Assembly: GCA_951406725.2 (NCBI GenBank) | Contig: OX597820.1 | Location: 112,344,001 to 112,408,000 of the forward strand | Reading direction: 5' to 3' | Length of the DNA: 64,000 nucleotides | Source of the DNA: Octopus vulgaris | Taxonomy: Eukaryota | In this document: in pieces, positions 50,445 to 64,000 of the stretch | Layout of the letters: each line of letters begins with the position of its first letter | How positions within the stretch are numbered: the stretch's first letter is position 1 | Notes under the pieces: generated by a model | What the model was told of the DNA's origin: nothing | The model's database searches: none | Seen by the model: only the letters and a program-made list of their open reading frames with translations | Translations under genes and position numbers: made by a program

Positions 50445-51080
50445 TTTTGATTTTGATTTTGATTTCATTTGCCTCAACAGGTCTTTGCAAGCAGAGTTTA
50501 GTGTACAATGAAGGAAAGGTATGCATAAGTGGGCTGGTTACACCCTTGGCATAGGCCACGAGGTTATGGTCTCACTTGGCCTGCTAAGTCTTCTCAAGCA
50601 CAGCATATTTCCAAAGGTCCTGGTCACTAGTCATTGCCTCGGTGAGGCCTAATATTCGAAGGTCATGCTTCATCACTTCACCCCAGGTCTTCTTGGGTCT
50701 ACCTCTTCCACAGGTTCTCTCAACCGCTAGGGAGTGGCACTTTTTCACACAGCTATCCACATCCATTCTCGTTGCCACATGGCCATACCAGCACAGTCGT
50801 CTCTCTTGCACACCACATCTGATGCTTCTTAGGTTCAACTTTTCTCTCAAGTATGCACACTGACATTACACACCCATCAGAGCATACTGGTTTCATTCCT
50901 TGCAAGCTTACGCATGTCCTCAGCAGTCACAGCCCATGTTTCACTGCCATGTAGCATGGCTGTTCATACAAATGTGTCATACAGTCTACCTTTTACTCTG
51001 AGCGAGAGGCCCTTTGTCACCAGCAGAGGTAAGAACTCTCTGAACTTTGCCCAGGCTATTCTTATTCTAGCAGCTACTAT
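50445..51080 (-). mobile_element. RTE-clade LINE 3' end
   Basis: RRLCWYGHV...RGRPKKTW...DL motif; (AAAATC)n tail; related pieces at about 46820-47040 and 51490-51660. Confidence 0.88.
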
Positions 51081-51099
51081 GTATTTCCTAGATTCCTAA

Positions 51100-51473
51100 T
51101 CTCTGTATTCTTCTACATAGATAACAAAAAAAAAAAAGAAAGATAGATTTGGAAAAAAGTTACAAATTAAGAAACTATGGTGGGGATAGAGGGAAATTAA
51201 AATTTTGAAAATGTGATTTCTGGACAAAATCATATTAATCCCCTTTTATACGATGAAACAATACATAGTTTCTGATCCTTCTTAAGAACAGAAACCACTT
51301 TCATGCAAACCCATGCAAATTGTACCCTCACCCTTCACTATTAAACAAACAATAGCTTCCATTATTCCATTAACTATATGTCAGCTGTGCTGATTCTATC
51401 CATAAGAAAGGAGCAAATAATACAATGTGCTTGTAGGTCATAACACCCGGGCAACGCCAGGATGCATTGCTAG
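51100..51473 (+). mobile_element. Helitron-like element
   Basis: 3' CCCGGGCAACGCCAGG...CTAG|T; probable A|TC start near 51100. Confidence 0.5.
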
Positions 51474-52079
51474 TAAACAATAAGAACACTTGGGAAATAG
51501 ATTTTGTTAGATTCTCAGAAGTGTCCCAAGAGGTAGCAGATAGTTTGTATTACTTTGGTGGACAAATTAGTAGTGAAGAAGGTTTTTCTGAAAGTATAGT
51601 TGCTTGTGTAAGAACAAACTGGAGCAAGTTCAGAGAGTTATTACTTCTGTTTGTCAGAGATTCTGAAAGCATGATGTCTATACACATTGCTGGGCCCCTT
51701 ACCCAGTTTGCCCCTGTCAAATCTTCCCCCATCACTCCTTTGCCTGTTTATCATTCATCCCTCTGTCATTCTCTTAATTATAACAGTATACCACTGCTGT
51801 AATTAAATGAGAGCAGAACTACATCTTTTTCCATGTGACCACTTACTTTTCCCCCTCCCCAGCATCTCTTTCTTTGATATTTATCCTTCATTCTTAACAC
51901 AGTTGCTCCCTACTCACATTTTCCATTGAACCACTTTCTATTGATTTACTCAGAGATACATAGGAGTAAATGTACCTTTCACCACATATCTCTCATCTAC
52001 CCACACTTTCTTGCAACCTATTTATACCACTCACTCATCATCATGCTTTTTTTTAATTCTTCCTCTATCTACAGTATTA

Positions 52080-52150
<71 letters not shown>

Positions 52151-52151
<1 letters not shown>

Positions 52152-54066
52152 TACTTTTTAGAGTGCTCAGTCTTGTTTGCTCTGGTAGATTCTGTGAGAG
52201 TGGACAGCAGCCTGCTGTCCTGCTGTCAGAGGTTTCATAGGGTCTATTTTTCCGTACATTATAAGCTTTTGTACTTGGTTGTTAACTTTTGTGGGAGACA
52301 TTCAACATCCAAGCACCGATCTCAAAATCTTAGCTGTCCCTAGCAGTGCAGTTTTTTGGGCTTGCTCTGCTCTCATGTCAATCCTGACTTCTCTGACATA
52401 TTTCTTGAAAATGGTTGTTTGTGCTCCAAGTTTCCCCACAACTACTGGAATGACAGACACTCCCCTCATACTCTTTTACTCTTTTACTTGTTTCAGTCAT
52501 TTGACTGCGGCCATACTGGAGCACTGTCTTTAGTCGAAACAAATCGACCCCAGGACTTATTTTTTGTAAGCCTAGTACTTATTCTATCAGTCTCTTTTGC
52601 TGAACCGCTAAGAGCTGGGGACATAAACACACCAGCATCGGTTGTCAAGCGATGTTGGAGGGGGGGGAACAAATGCAGACACACAAACATATATACACAC
52701 ACACACACACATATATAAGTACATATATAAAAAGGGCTTCTTTCAGGTTCTGTCTACCAAATCCACTCACAAGGCTTTGGTTGGCCCAAGGTTATAGTAG
52801 AAGACACTTGCCCAAGGTGCCACACAGTGGGACTGAACCCGGAACCATGTGGTTGGTAAGCAAGCTACTTACCACACAGCCACTCCTGCATCATAGTCCA
52901 CATTCTTGAAATTTCATTTTTTAATCTTTTCACTCTTTTCTAGTTCTTTGTCATCTATGCATACATCCCCAGGTATTGCAATATCTATAATCTTCGTTTC
53001 TTTTTTTCCTTTTTCTACCTCAACAATATCTGGTCTCCAAGCCTTGATTAGGGAGTCACATTGGATTGTAAAATCCGACAGTATCTTATATTCCTTGTTC
53101 TCAATAATTCTTTCTGGTTCATGTTTGTACTATTTCCATGCTTAGTTAAGGCCATACTTTTCACATAGCATCCAGTGGATGAACTTAGTCAAAGTATCAT
53201 TCCTCCTTTTGTAGTGCTTTTCGGCCAGCTTACAGCACTCACTCACAATATGTGAGATTGCTTTGTTTCTGCTGCCACACATCCTACAACGGTGCAATTT
53301 GTTGCTCTTATCTATTAGGAACTTGGTGTAATTAGTTCTCAGAGCTTGTTCCTGGGTGCTGCATATCAATGTCTCAGTGCATCCTTTCAGGTTACTTTTT
53401 CTTAGCCAGATCCAAGTGTTGATCTTGTCTTTTCCTTTGGTTTCTCTCAGATATTTCCCATGTAGTGGTTTCATTTTCCAATTGTTTATTCTTTCATCTT
53501 CATCTTGTTTCTTAAATTTTTATGGGTGCATCACATTTTCAGTAGGTATTGTATTCTTAATTCTGACAGCAGCAAGCAAGGATTGACTCTGCTGTTTGAT
53601 GTACCATCCTAGACTGTTCTTCTCATTGACAACACAGGTTTTGCATACTATGAAGCCTCTTCCTAGGCACACACAGTATGTTAGTATTGCTTTTGGGGTG
53701 TAGTCCCTTGTTAATTGTTATCACCTTTCTGGTTTTCCTATCCATCTCCTCAAGCTCATTTATGCCCCTCTTGATGTTAACCACCTCCAAAAATTTCCCA
53801 CATGAGGTTAGCTCTGTATTCCAGTTTTTCATTGATCTCCTAATAAAATTTGCTGTGTTATCAGACACCTGTGCCAGCTTAAAACTTACTAAAATCCTGG
53901 AATGGGAGACCATGTCATATGCTTTCTTATAATCGATCCACACCATGCCCAGGTTAGTAAGTCTTTTCTTGCAGTTGTTCAGTACCATTCCATCTATCAG
54001 AAATTGTTTTTTTTGTCCCTTGACTTTTCCTTCTTTATCCTTTCTGTTCCACTGGTAGTTTGTCAT
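52151..54066 (-). mobile_element. R4/Dong-like element, internally deleted and interrupted by a SINE
   Basis: WIDYKKAYD, PLHGKYLR, QEQALRTN, CRMCG...HIVSEC, QKTALLGTAKILR; 3' end abuts (AAC)n(AAT)n at 52076-52150. Confidence 0.85.
52471..52890 (-). mobile_element. SINE family A inserted in the Dong-like element
   Basis: TCATA duplicated at 52466-52470 and 52891-52895; full length. Confidence 0.9.
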
Positions 54067-54159
54067 TCATTTCCAGGAAGTTGTACACATAATAAGATAT
54101 TATTCCTGTCATCAGCTTCTATATCAGGGGCCAACTGGTGATAGGCGAGTAATTATCCA

Positions 54160-56320
54160 CCCCATCAGGGGCAGACAAATGATCGTTTGTTCTTTCATCT
54201 TCACCTGTTTCACTTCCATGTTGCTGAGGGGTGTGCAGCATTGTATGCTCAAGCTTTTTTGGTTGGGGGGGGGGAGTACAAACTCTTCCTGGTATTGTAT
54301 CAGTCTGTTTTGTTATGAGGTTTGGTTGCAGCCTTTCGTTGTATTAGTGTTTGTATTGTGTGTTGTGTGAGTAATGCATGTTGTGTTCTTCTGTTGGGTA
54401 TCCACCTTGATGTGGAGGTTGTTTATTTTATTGCATATTTACAATATAGAGTGTGTCTTGTGTTTGTGGATTGTTTTATTTCAGTTGTACTATTAAATTG
54501 ATAGAATGCAGGCTCTTCATAGCAGGGCTTTTGGATATAAAGTTATAGCTTTTATGTTTTTATTCAAATGCTTCTTTTTATCAATACTCTATGCTCCAGT
54601 TATTACTGGTATTGTTTTTACCTTCCTACCCCACACCTTGAATACTTCAGTTTCAAGATCTTTATACCATGACATTTTTTTCTCCTCTTTATGGGCAATA
54701 TTTTAGTTAGAAGGGACTGCAATGTCCATCAGTAAGAAGACTCTTTTTTTCAGTCTGTGATTATTATACCTGCATGATAAGCTTTGATTTCTTTGTCAGT
54801 TTGAACAGGAATATCCCAGATGATTGTGGCCTGGTCATTGTCATATACTTTGTTTGACACACATTTATACTGTTTCTTGTTAGTTTTATGCTGTAGTGTT
54901 GGCATATTGTCCAGTGGATATAGCTACTTACTCGATTATGTTTGTATATATATTCAGATTTGGCAAGGACTCGACAGCCAAAGATGATGTGGTCAACTGT
55001 CTCGTGCTGGTTGCACAATCTGTATTTGGTGTTTGGACCTGTTTTTGTTATTTTACTTTGATGGTTGTTTGTGGTCAAGAATTGGTCTTGTGCAGTGAGA
55101 ATCAGTCCTTCAGTTTCTTCTTTTAGTCCAGAGCTTTTGAACCATAGTTGGCTTTTACTTAGGCTCACTTCTTCTCTGTTAAGCCTTGCAAGGTATTGGC
55201 CATGGAGGGATTTTTCACTCCTTTTCTTCTTTAGTATGTATCATAGTTTTGTTTTCATGTTTTTTGTCTCTTTGACCATTTCTGCTATGTTGTCATCTGA
55301 GATCAGTGTATCAAAGTAGTTTGTTTCGATTTTGAATTTTGTTGCCTCCTTGTCTATAGAGAAAAGCTTTTTCTTTCTTTTTTTTTGTGTTGGTTTATTA
55401 TATATAGCAATTTTCCACTTTTTGCTTCTATATATTTTTCTAGTTCAACCATTGTTATTTTATAGTAGTTCTCTATCTGTGTCAAATTGCAATCTGCAAT
55501 GGAGTAGATATATTCTGACTGTGTTTGCTTTGGGGTTGTGACTTCAGTGTGCTGTTAATAGTTTTTCTGGTTTTTCTAAGTTTCTCAATTCACTAAACTT
55601 TCAGTTTATTATATTGAAGCTGTAATTTATGATTGGTATGGCTAGCATGTTTATCCTTATTATCTTAATTTTAGCATTGAGAGTTCAGTGTTTAATATTA
55701 GTCTAACTCTTCTGTAATATTCACTCCTAATTTCAATTCTGTCTGTTGTATTTTAGCTATTTTGTCTCTTCCTAGATACTTGCATGGGTGATTGTGGTCT
55801 AATTCTCTGATTTCTGTGTCTATGTCAAGTGCAGTGTTTTCGGTGCTGATTAATTTGCCTCTTCTCAGTGTCACTTTGGCACATTTGTGCAACCCCATGC
55901 TCGTCCAGATGTCCTTACTGAAACTATTGACAATCTTTAGAAGGCTTTTCTACTTTGTGGTATTTTCAGTAAAAGTTTTTAAGTCATCCATACATAGGAA
56001 ATGATATATACTTTGTCCATAGCATCTGTAATCCATAGGGGTTTCATTTAACAAGTTTGTTAGTGGGGTCAGAGCAAGGTAGAAAAGCAGGTGGGACAAT
56101 GAATCTCCTTGGAAAAATTCCTCTTATTATAAGTATAAGGCGGGTTTTAATGACTTGTGATTAATTTTTCAGTGTTATGCTGATTTTCCAGTTTGCCATT
56201 GCATGGTTGATATATTTTAGGGGTGTTGGAGCGGCTTTATTTGTGTGGAGAAACTCCAGTGTCCATGAGTGTGGAACACTGTTGACTGCTTTCAGATAAT
56301 CATTCCAAGTCATGTTGAGA
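54160..56320 (-). mobile_element. R4/Dong-like element, 5'-truncated
   Basis: GIFQGDSLS, FLCMDDLK, LKEETEGLILTAQDQ, ETVDHIIFGC; 3' UTR homologous to 42320-42570. Confidence 0.85.
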
Positions 56321-57028
56321 TTTGTTTTTCTTTATTGTTGTTGTTGCTGTTGTTATTATTATGCTGCTGCTCCTCATCCTTTCTGTACTGATAATGATTA
56401 CTTCTTTCACTGTCCCCTCCCCGCCATCAACCACCCCCTCCATCTTTGTTCATCACTCACTACATTCATCCCCGCTTCCATCTCTAACCCTAACCTTAAT
56501 TCTCACACACATTTGTAATCCGCCCACCTTTCCTGTTCCTCTGTCGTTGTTTTCTCTTCTATTCCACCTCTTTCACCTCAAGGACACACTCTGACCCCTC
56601 ACCACCATCATTTTTATCTCTCTTTCCTAGTCCTTCCTAATTACTCCTATTTCATAGAATGTGAAGCAGCCATGTATCTCTTCTCCAGCAAGAAACATGT
56701 TCTTGTCCCTTCTTTCATACTTTATCCTCTCAACAGCATAAAGCCACCTCCTTCACAACCACACTTCCATTCAGTCAGGAGGGCTTTTTGTCTTGCACAT
56801 AATATGGTGACTACACAAGAGCTGCTACCTTGAAAGAAAAGAGCAACCAGTACACTCTTTAAAGTAGTTGGCACTAGTAAGAGCATCCAGCTGTAGAGAC
56901 TATGCCAAAGTAGACACTGGAGCATGATGTTGTCCTCTGAACTAGACAAACCATAGCATAGAAGATGGAGATTATAGGATGATGATTTATGTGTTTTATA
57001 CACACACACAAATAAATACATACATACA

Positions 57029-57081
<53 letters not shown>

Positions 57082-57086
<5 letters not shown>

Positions 57087-57398
57087 AGTATTAAGAGAGG
57101 GACCACATGTGGTCACTCTAACGCTAGAAATAGATCCGCAAAGGGAATCCACCACTAAAGAATTGTTCTCAAGCATTAATTCAACACGCCAAGAATGTAA
57201 GCGGGCAGGACAAATGAAAAATAACGAAAAAATGGATAGAGTTAATCCATTTTTTCGTTATTTTTCATTTGTCCTGCCCGCTACATTCTTGGCATGTTGA
57301 ATCAATGCTTGAGAACAATTCTTTAGTGGTGGATTCCCTTGCGGATCTATTTCTAGCGTTAGAATGACCACATGTGGTCCCTCTCTTATTACTTGTAT
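57082..57398. repeat. Long inverted repeat (~155-bp arms, 7-nt loop)
   Basis: 57082-57237 is the reverse complement of 57245-57398 with few mismatches; loop AGAGTTA. Confidence 0.93.
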
Positions 57399-57500
57399 TA
57401 ATAATTTTTACTGTATCACAGTTTTTTTATGCTAGGCCACTTGGTGTTTTAAATTGATGTTATTATTAATTAATATTCAATTTTTTCACCCTTATTGCGA

Positions 57501-57544
<44 letters not shown>

Positions 57545-57952
57545 TTAAATTTAAAATGAGGGTCAGAAATTAGATATTAATTTAATTAACATCGATTTAG
57601 CAAAAATTTTGTTTGCTAAATTTTTCTTGAGAACATTTCTTAGTGGTAAGACCATAGCGGATTCATTTCTAGCATAAGGGTGTCCACATAGTGGGTTCCC
57701 TCAAAAATGTATATATATATATAAAGCACATAAGTTAGCATCGTAATACAATCTCCATCTTTCACTTCAGCAATGTAGCTACACATGTGGCATTAGTGAT
57801 TGCTTTTCCTTCTTCAAACTTTTCCTCTTCTTTTTTCCAATGAAGAGTTATGCTTGAGATGTCAAACTCTCTCTTTTTACTGAACATCAAACTAATACAT
57901 TCCTTGTGCATGCCCTCTTGTTTGTTAATTTTATTATTTGTATATTTGAATT

Positions 57953-58028
<76 letters not shown>

Positions 58029-59269
58029 AACGCATGCATACATACATGCATACAATACAGCAAAGATTTTTTAGCTTCTCCAAATCAATGCTCAAGTTTT
58101 CTACCCACACACAAAACTGATACAGATTTTGCACATTAACTTGCACAACTTACTAATTCCTTATATGATACACAAAATCTACTAATCCCATTCAAGTCAG
58201 TAGCAAACTGCATGCAGTTCTACCTAAATGAAAAAATAACAACACTCCAATACACTTACCTTTATCATTAAAAAAAAAAGAAGCTACAATGATTGCAATT
58301 GAAAGCTTTAGTGGGTAATATTCTAAAATGTATCAGAGATTTTTAAATACTAAAATTCATATGTGATGGGCTCAGAAAAAAATTTTCACTTTCAGGAGGC
58401 AATGATATATTTAGCTTGGAAGAAATTGACCCTTACTTGGACATCTGATCAAAGCGATCTTTTAAACAAATATTCTGTGATCTTGCTGAACAAGGTGTCT
58501 CATATAATTTAGAAACAAGGATACTTCCTATAAAGGCTTTAAAAATAATTACATGAATGTTACACTTCACTTCTGTGTAGGGTACAATTGAATCTTATGA
58601 AAGGAAAATTCATTCAATACTCAAGTAAATCCATGGACGTTTATCACTCGCCTCACAAACTCTGTGGTATTGTAGGATATAATTTGACATACACTGTTTT
58701 GGAGCAAAAGATGTGCTAATGCTGTCATTTGTTCATTGGAGAATTCAGAAACTTGGTGGGAAAAGTAACAAGTACTACTCTCTCCTATCTGGATGTCATC
58801 ATCAGATATGAAGAGCTAGGCTTTGGGTAGTGATATAGGATTATGAATTCTGGTAAATTTTGAGGTCTATTTTGACTGAATTCACCAAGTGATGATGATA
58901 ATGGTGACAACGATGATATATACATGCACACACACAGTTGCCTCTCCATTTATGCAATGAAACCAGTCAATAACAACAACTTCATGAGACAATAATATTA
59001 TACAAATAATAATAATAATAATCCTTTTTACTATAGGTACAAGGCCTGAAATTTTGTGGGAGGGGGTTTATTGATAACAACAACCCCAGTACTTAACTGA
59101 TTCTTTATTATATTGACTCTGAAAGGATGAATGGCAAAGTCAACCTCAGTGGAATTTGAACTCAAAATGTAAAGGCAGACAAAATGCCTCTAAACATTTT
59201 GTCTGACATACTAATGATTCTGCCAGCTCACTGCCTCTCTCACTCAATAGCAATAATAATATTTAACCA

Positions 59270-59570
59270 ATGGGAGATAGCACTTCTCTCTCTCCATCCC
59301 ACTTTCCTTAAAACAGTTGATGAAAGTGTGATTGAAGAAGAAGGTGTCTTTCCTCTATCCTTTCAGCCTCTATCCACACAACTTCTTTCACCATAACCAC
59401 CAGACAGAGGAAGACTGCCTGCCGTCTCATTAAAGGCTGCTGATCGGATGATTCTCATGATGGATTCAGCCAGTGGTCAGATTCGTCCAACACATGATAA
59501 CAGCTGTTTGACATAACTTCACATGTCAGCAATACTTATACTCTGCCCAAGTGCATGCAGAATGGTATTG
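59270..59570 (-). mobile_element. L1/Tx1-like fragment
   Basis: TILHAL...YVKQLLS...AESIMRI...FLCLVVMVKEVVW is homologous to ORF 63263..63958. Confidence 0.65.
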
Positions 59571-59574
59571 TGAA

Positions 59575-59785
59575 GGTGGCAAGCTGGCAGAAATGCTTAG
59601 TGGTATTTCGTATGCCGTTACGTTCTGAGTTCAAATTCCGCCAAGGTCAACTTTGCCTTTCATCCTTTCGGGGTCGATAAATTAAGTACAAGTTACGCAC
59701 TGGGGTTGATGTAATCGATTTAATCCGTTTGTCTGTCCTTGTTTGTCCCCTCTATGTTTAGCCCTTTGTGGGTAATAAAGAAATA
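59575..59785 (+). mobile_element. SINE family B
   Basis: Homologous to 10201-10440; GGTATTGT on both sides (59564-59571, 59786-59793). Confidence 0.88.
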
Positions 59786-60599
59786 GGTATTGTCAGCTCA
59801 GATAATCCTGCCTGACAGTGCTTCCATACCTGGGCAAGGAAGCTGTCAGGTGGGACTGTCTGAGATGTGCACAGAGTGATGTAACCATTTTGTGTGCACT
59901 TGTGCAGTGTCCAAGTGTTGCTGATTAGTGGTGTTAATACTAATAAGGATTATGATAATAACAACAACAACAAAAATAATACACACACACACACGTGTAT
60001 AATATCCTACAAAACCATGGACAGCTAACCTCAGTTGGCTCACAACATGCCTACTAGCCCTAGCTTCTACACTGCTCTACCAACCTCTGGTAGTTGCCAA
60101 ACTTCCTCTTCTAAGCATCTTTCATGTGTTCTTTCCAGGGTACTGTTAATTCCCACATGACCCTCTCCACTGCTTGATGAAATTTGAGATCATTATTTCC
60201 CGGCAGAGTTGGTATGATGTGTCCTAGAAATATATATACGTATGTGTGTGTGTGTGTGTTTGTGAGTGTGTGTGTGTGAGTGTGTGTAAGTGTGTGTGAG
60301 TGTGTGTGTGTGTTCTTCTCTTTCTCTTTTTAATCTTAGAGTAAATTTTGACCAGCCACCTAATTGGTTGCAAAGTCATGAAAGAAAGTATCTTCTTTTA
60401 ACCATCATTACTTTTTTACAGCTGGATACCCTTCCTGTTGCCAACCCTCCCCTATTTCCAGGTAAAGTAATATTTCTTCATGGCCAGGCATAATTTTCAT
60501 GGAGGGCTAGAAATGAATGACATAGTGATGCACATTTACAACAGTTACACAATGTCAAGACATGGGTACACACACACTCTTACATGCATGTATGCACAG

Positions 60600-60644
<45 letters not shown>

Positions 60645-60645
<1 letters not shown>

Positions 60646-60806
60646 ATATTTAGCTACACTCTTATTATTGTCCTCCTTTCACTCAATGTCATGTCCATTA
60701 CCACTCAATACTAATGACCATAATCACCAACACCAATTGGAAGCCCCACACATGTGGTCAGCCTACACTCATTCTCATAGTCAGTCTCACTTATGACTGG
60801 TAACAC

Positions 60807-60850
<44 letters not shown>

Positions 60851-61234
60851 CAAACGTCTTTTAGGTTCTATCTACCAAATCCACTCACAAGGCTTTGATT
60901 GTGTTGGGGCTATGTTCGAAGACACTTTCCCAAACTGTTGCACAGTAGAACTGAACCGACGACCACATGATTGGGGATCAAGCTTCTTAACACACCACAC
61001 CTGTACCTATCAATGATATCCACAATTAAAGTTGACTATAAGTGAGGTCAGTCATGAGTGAGTTTGAACACAAGTGTTACCAGCCATAAGTGAGACTAAG
61101 AGAATGAGTGTAGGCTGACCACATGTGTGAGGCTTCCAATAAGTGTTAATGATTATGGTCATTAGTATTGAGTAGTTATGGACATGACATTGAGTGAAAG
61201 GAGGACAATAATAAGAAGAGTGTAGTTAAATATG
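60645..61234. repeat. Inverted repeat (~160-bp arms) around (CA)n and a SINE A fragment
   Basis: 60645-60806 is the reverse complement of 61074-61234 with small indels. Confidence 0.88.
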
Positions 61235-61505
61235 AGTGGTATAAGTGATTGTACATAATAGTGTAATAGTTAAGGTATCACGCTAAACTGGCTGGGGTGG
61301 ATAAATAAGTAAGTAAATAGACAGGAGGCTTTTTTGTATAGAGTAGATAAGTAGGGTAAAGTATAAATAAAGAAACACAGCCCTACCTCTACACATTCAA
61401 AGTAATCCTTAGGGATTTTGTGGTCAGTTTAGCTCAAACTCCTTTATGATACTCTGTATGTTTTGAGTATAGCAAATCTACTGAATGATTTCTATGATGT
61501 CAACG

Positions 61506-61637
<132 letters not shown>

Positions 61638-61820
61638 TACACTTATACGCACTCACATACAGACATTTATTGCATAGGCTGTGTTCTTTTTAACCCTGTG
61701 TGACCCATAGCCAAACTTGTCTGTCAACTTCCCACAGTGAGTTCTGACAACTTCCTTCAGTAACTTTGTCCCTTTGTCATAGATGTCTTGGTAAACTGGT
61801 AGAACCTGTTGGTAGTGGTA

Positions 61821-61886
<66 letters not shown>

Positions 61887-62764
61887 GGAGCTGACAGTTT
61901 CTTTATATGTATGTTGGTGAACTTTGTAGTGTATGCATGTAATTTTATGTTGTGTGTGTGTGTGTGTGTGTGTGTATATGAAGAGAATGTGTGTATGGAG
62001 TGTATGGAAATATGTAAGAGGTGGTATGAATGTATGTGTGTTTATGTGGACTGTAAAAATGCAACTTTGAATTCATTTGCAGCCACCTCCATATACACAC
62101 TCATAGATACATATATACACACACACACTTGTAAACATACACACTCATACATACACATACACGCACACTCATATACACTCACTATTATATTACACTCAGT
62201 CATACATTCACACAATCAAAAGCACACTTTATCAAACACACCAATGCACTGATATATATCTAAATATAAATGTACATTTATTAACACACTCATATAAATT
62301 TTTTAAATATTCACTCAAATGCGTAGTTCTTTTCACAAAGAGACTAAACAAGATTCATGTTCCCATATGTACATATATGTCTACATATAAACCCACATAC
62401 ATGTATATGAACATACATTTAGAAATGACCATCCATGAAAACAGTTGATGCAAGAATCTCTTAAACCCTTTTGTTACCAACCAACCTCGAGACTACGTCT
62501 AGTTCTGTGATACAAACTTCCTGTTGAAATGATCTAAATTAAAAAAACATCTATCAAAATTTCATGTTAATTTATGTTCCAAACACTGGAACATAAATGA
62601 GAACAAAGTCATCTTATAAAATTCTTCAGTATTTTTAAAATCAATTAAAGCAAAGACATATTTCAACAGAAATATGATTTTAAAAAAATCATTAAAAAAG
62701 ACTTCTACCTGTGAGCTTCACCTCTCCCTCAATTCTTGGATCAGAAGCTTTTTAGCTTCTTATA

Positions 62765-64000
62765 AGATTGGTTCCGACAGTGTCGTAGGACATTGGACGG
62801 AAGGGCCGGTGAAAATGCTTGGAATCTGGTTAGATCCAGATCTCCAGATACAGAAGAATTGGAGAGAGGTGGTGAGAAAGGTGGCTCTCCTAACTCAGAC
62901 CTGGTCTGAGCGGAAGCTGTCCTAGAAAGGGAGGGTTGAGGTTGCAGAGGTGTTTATCGCATCTGTAATCACTTACCACCTGACCATCGTGCCTTGCCCC
63001 GATTCGTGGCTGAACAAGCTGGAATGCATGCTCTTTCGCCTTTTTTGGAGGGGCAGCAGACCTCTTGTAAGGCGCTCTATTTGCTGCCAAAAGCCGCTGA
63101 AGGGTGGGTTTGGGATGCCGTGGCTAAAAATGCACAGGCATGCACTCAGGCTTAGGCACCTCTGGCTTTACCTGGACGGTGAGCAGGCGTGGTCTCCGTT
63201 CCTCAAGCTGTTATTTCCACAGTTTACATCGTTTACCAAACTGAACCCATGGTAGACCGAGGTTGGGCATGTGGCATGCAGAGTGCCATCAGGCACTCGT
63301 GCTTCTCTCCCAGTCGGGCAATGTTGGTGGCGGGGGTACTACCTCGTTCTTCTATAGAGGGTTAGTAGAGTTTAAGTGTGACGACGTCCTGGGAGAAACC
63401 CTAGGCTTCGACGAATATCAACTGACCAGCCTGTTCCAAAGAACATTTGGTCCGGGGCCTATGGATAATTACCAAAAGTCCCTGGCCTGGCAATGTTACA
63501 GAGGAGCTTTACCGGTTCGAGATAAGCTCTTTAGACATGGGTGTGCACCTTCGCCGGTTTGTGCAAGATGCGAGAGGGACAGTGAAACTGTCCTGCACAT
63601 GATTGTGCAATGCCCCAAGGTGACTGAACTCTGGGCTTATGTTGAACACCTGCTGTCACATTCGAGAAGAGTACAACTGTCGAGCGAATCTGTAATTAAG
63701 ATAGTTCCGCCGACCTCCCTGAATAGGGAGGAGCGAGCCTGTTTTCTCTCGGTAGTTGCTATGGCGAAAGAAGTAGTATGGACGAGAGTAAAAGGAATTG
63801 CAACAGGCATGTTCATCTCCAGTCTCGAGCTAATCGACTTTTTCGTTTTCCACATGAAACGGAAAATAAGGCTGGAGAAGAAATGCCTGTCGCAAAGTGT
63901 GTTTCGTAAAAGATGGAAGTCTATAGCAAGTATGTTGCGAGTGAAAGAATCTGTTTAAACGAGAATATAAAAAGGGAGAAAGCAAAGTCTTCAGTGTGAG
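62765..64000 (+). mobile_element. L1/Tx1-like LINE ORF2 C-terminal part (5'-truncated, with stops and a frameshift)
   Basis: VKMLGIWL, KLS.KGRV, LFWRG, PLKGGFGMP, ALPVRDKL, CARC...ETVLHMIVQC zinc knuckle. Confidence 0.85.

Noticed and set aside
58224-58259. Apparent 36-nt GT-AG micro-intron on the minus strand
   Set aside because: Too short for typical spliceosomal introns and no flanking coding frame recognised.

Overview
AT-rich, microsatellite- and transposon-dense eukaryotic (animal) genomic DNA; the SINE/LINE repertoire looks like a coleoid cephalopod (Octopus-like; inferred, not verified). The one host gene I can support is missed by the ORF track because it is spliced: a minus-strand tetraspanin with 7 coding exons (44312-44374, 35172-35366, 29008-29082, 24856-24933, 21237-21356, 18814-18897, 16688-16738). 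All introns are GT-AG and phase 0, giving 221 aa with 4 TM segments and a CCG...PDSCC...C...C large loop. The rest is mobile DNA: two oppositely oriented clusters of R4/Dong-like LINEs at (TAA)n, RTE and L1/Tx1 LINE fragments, Penelope-like GIY-YIG remnants, a Gypsy-type LTR remnant nested in an RTE with an exact TSD, Tc1/mariner remnants, non-autonomous Helitrons, MITEs and several tRNA-derived SINE families. Leads worth following: (i) the tetraspanin UAG stop is followed by a 33-codon open extension carrying a YXXPhi motif (A-to-I recoding or readthrough candidate); (ii) a duplicated in-frame 3' splice site on exon 3; (iii) a minimal hammerhead ribozyme in a (TA)n-embedded intronic repeat, with related copies; (iv) several long, near-perfect palindromes. 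All coordinates were read by eye; repeat boundaries are approximate unless a TSD is quoted.
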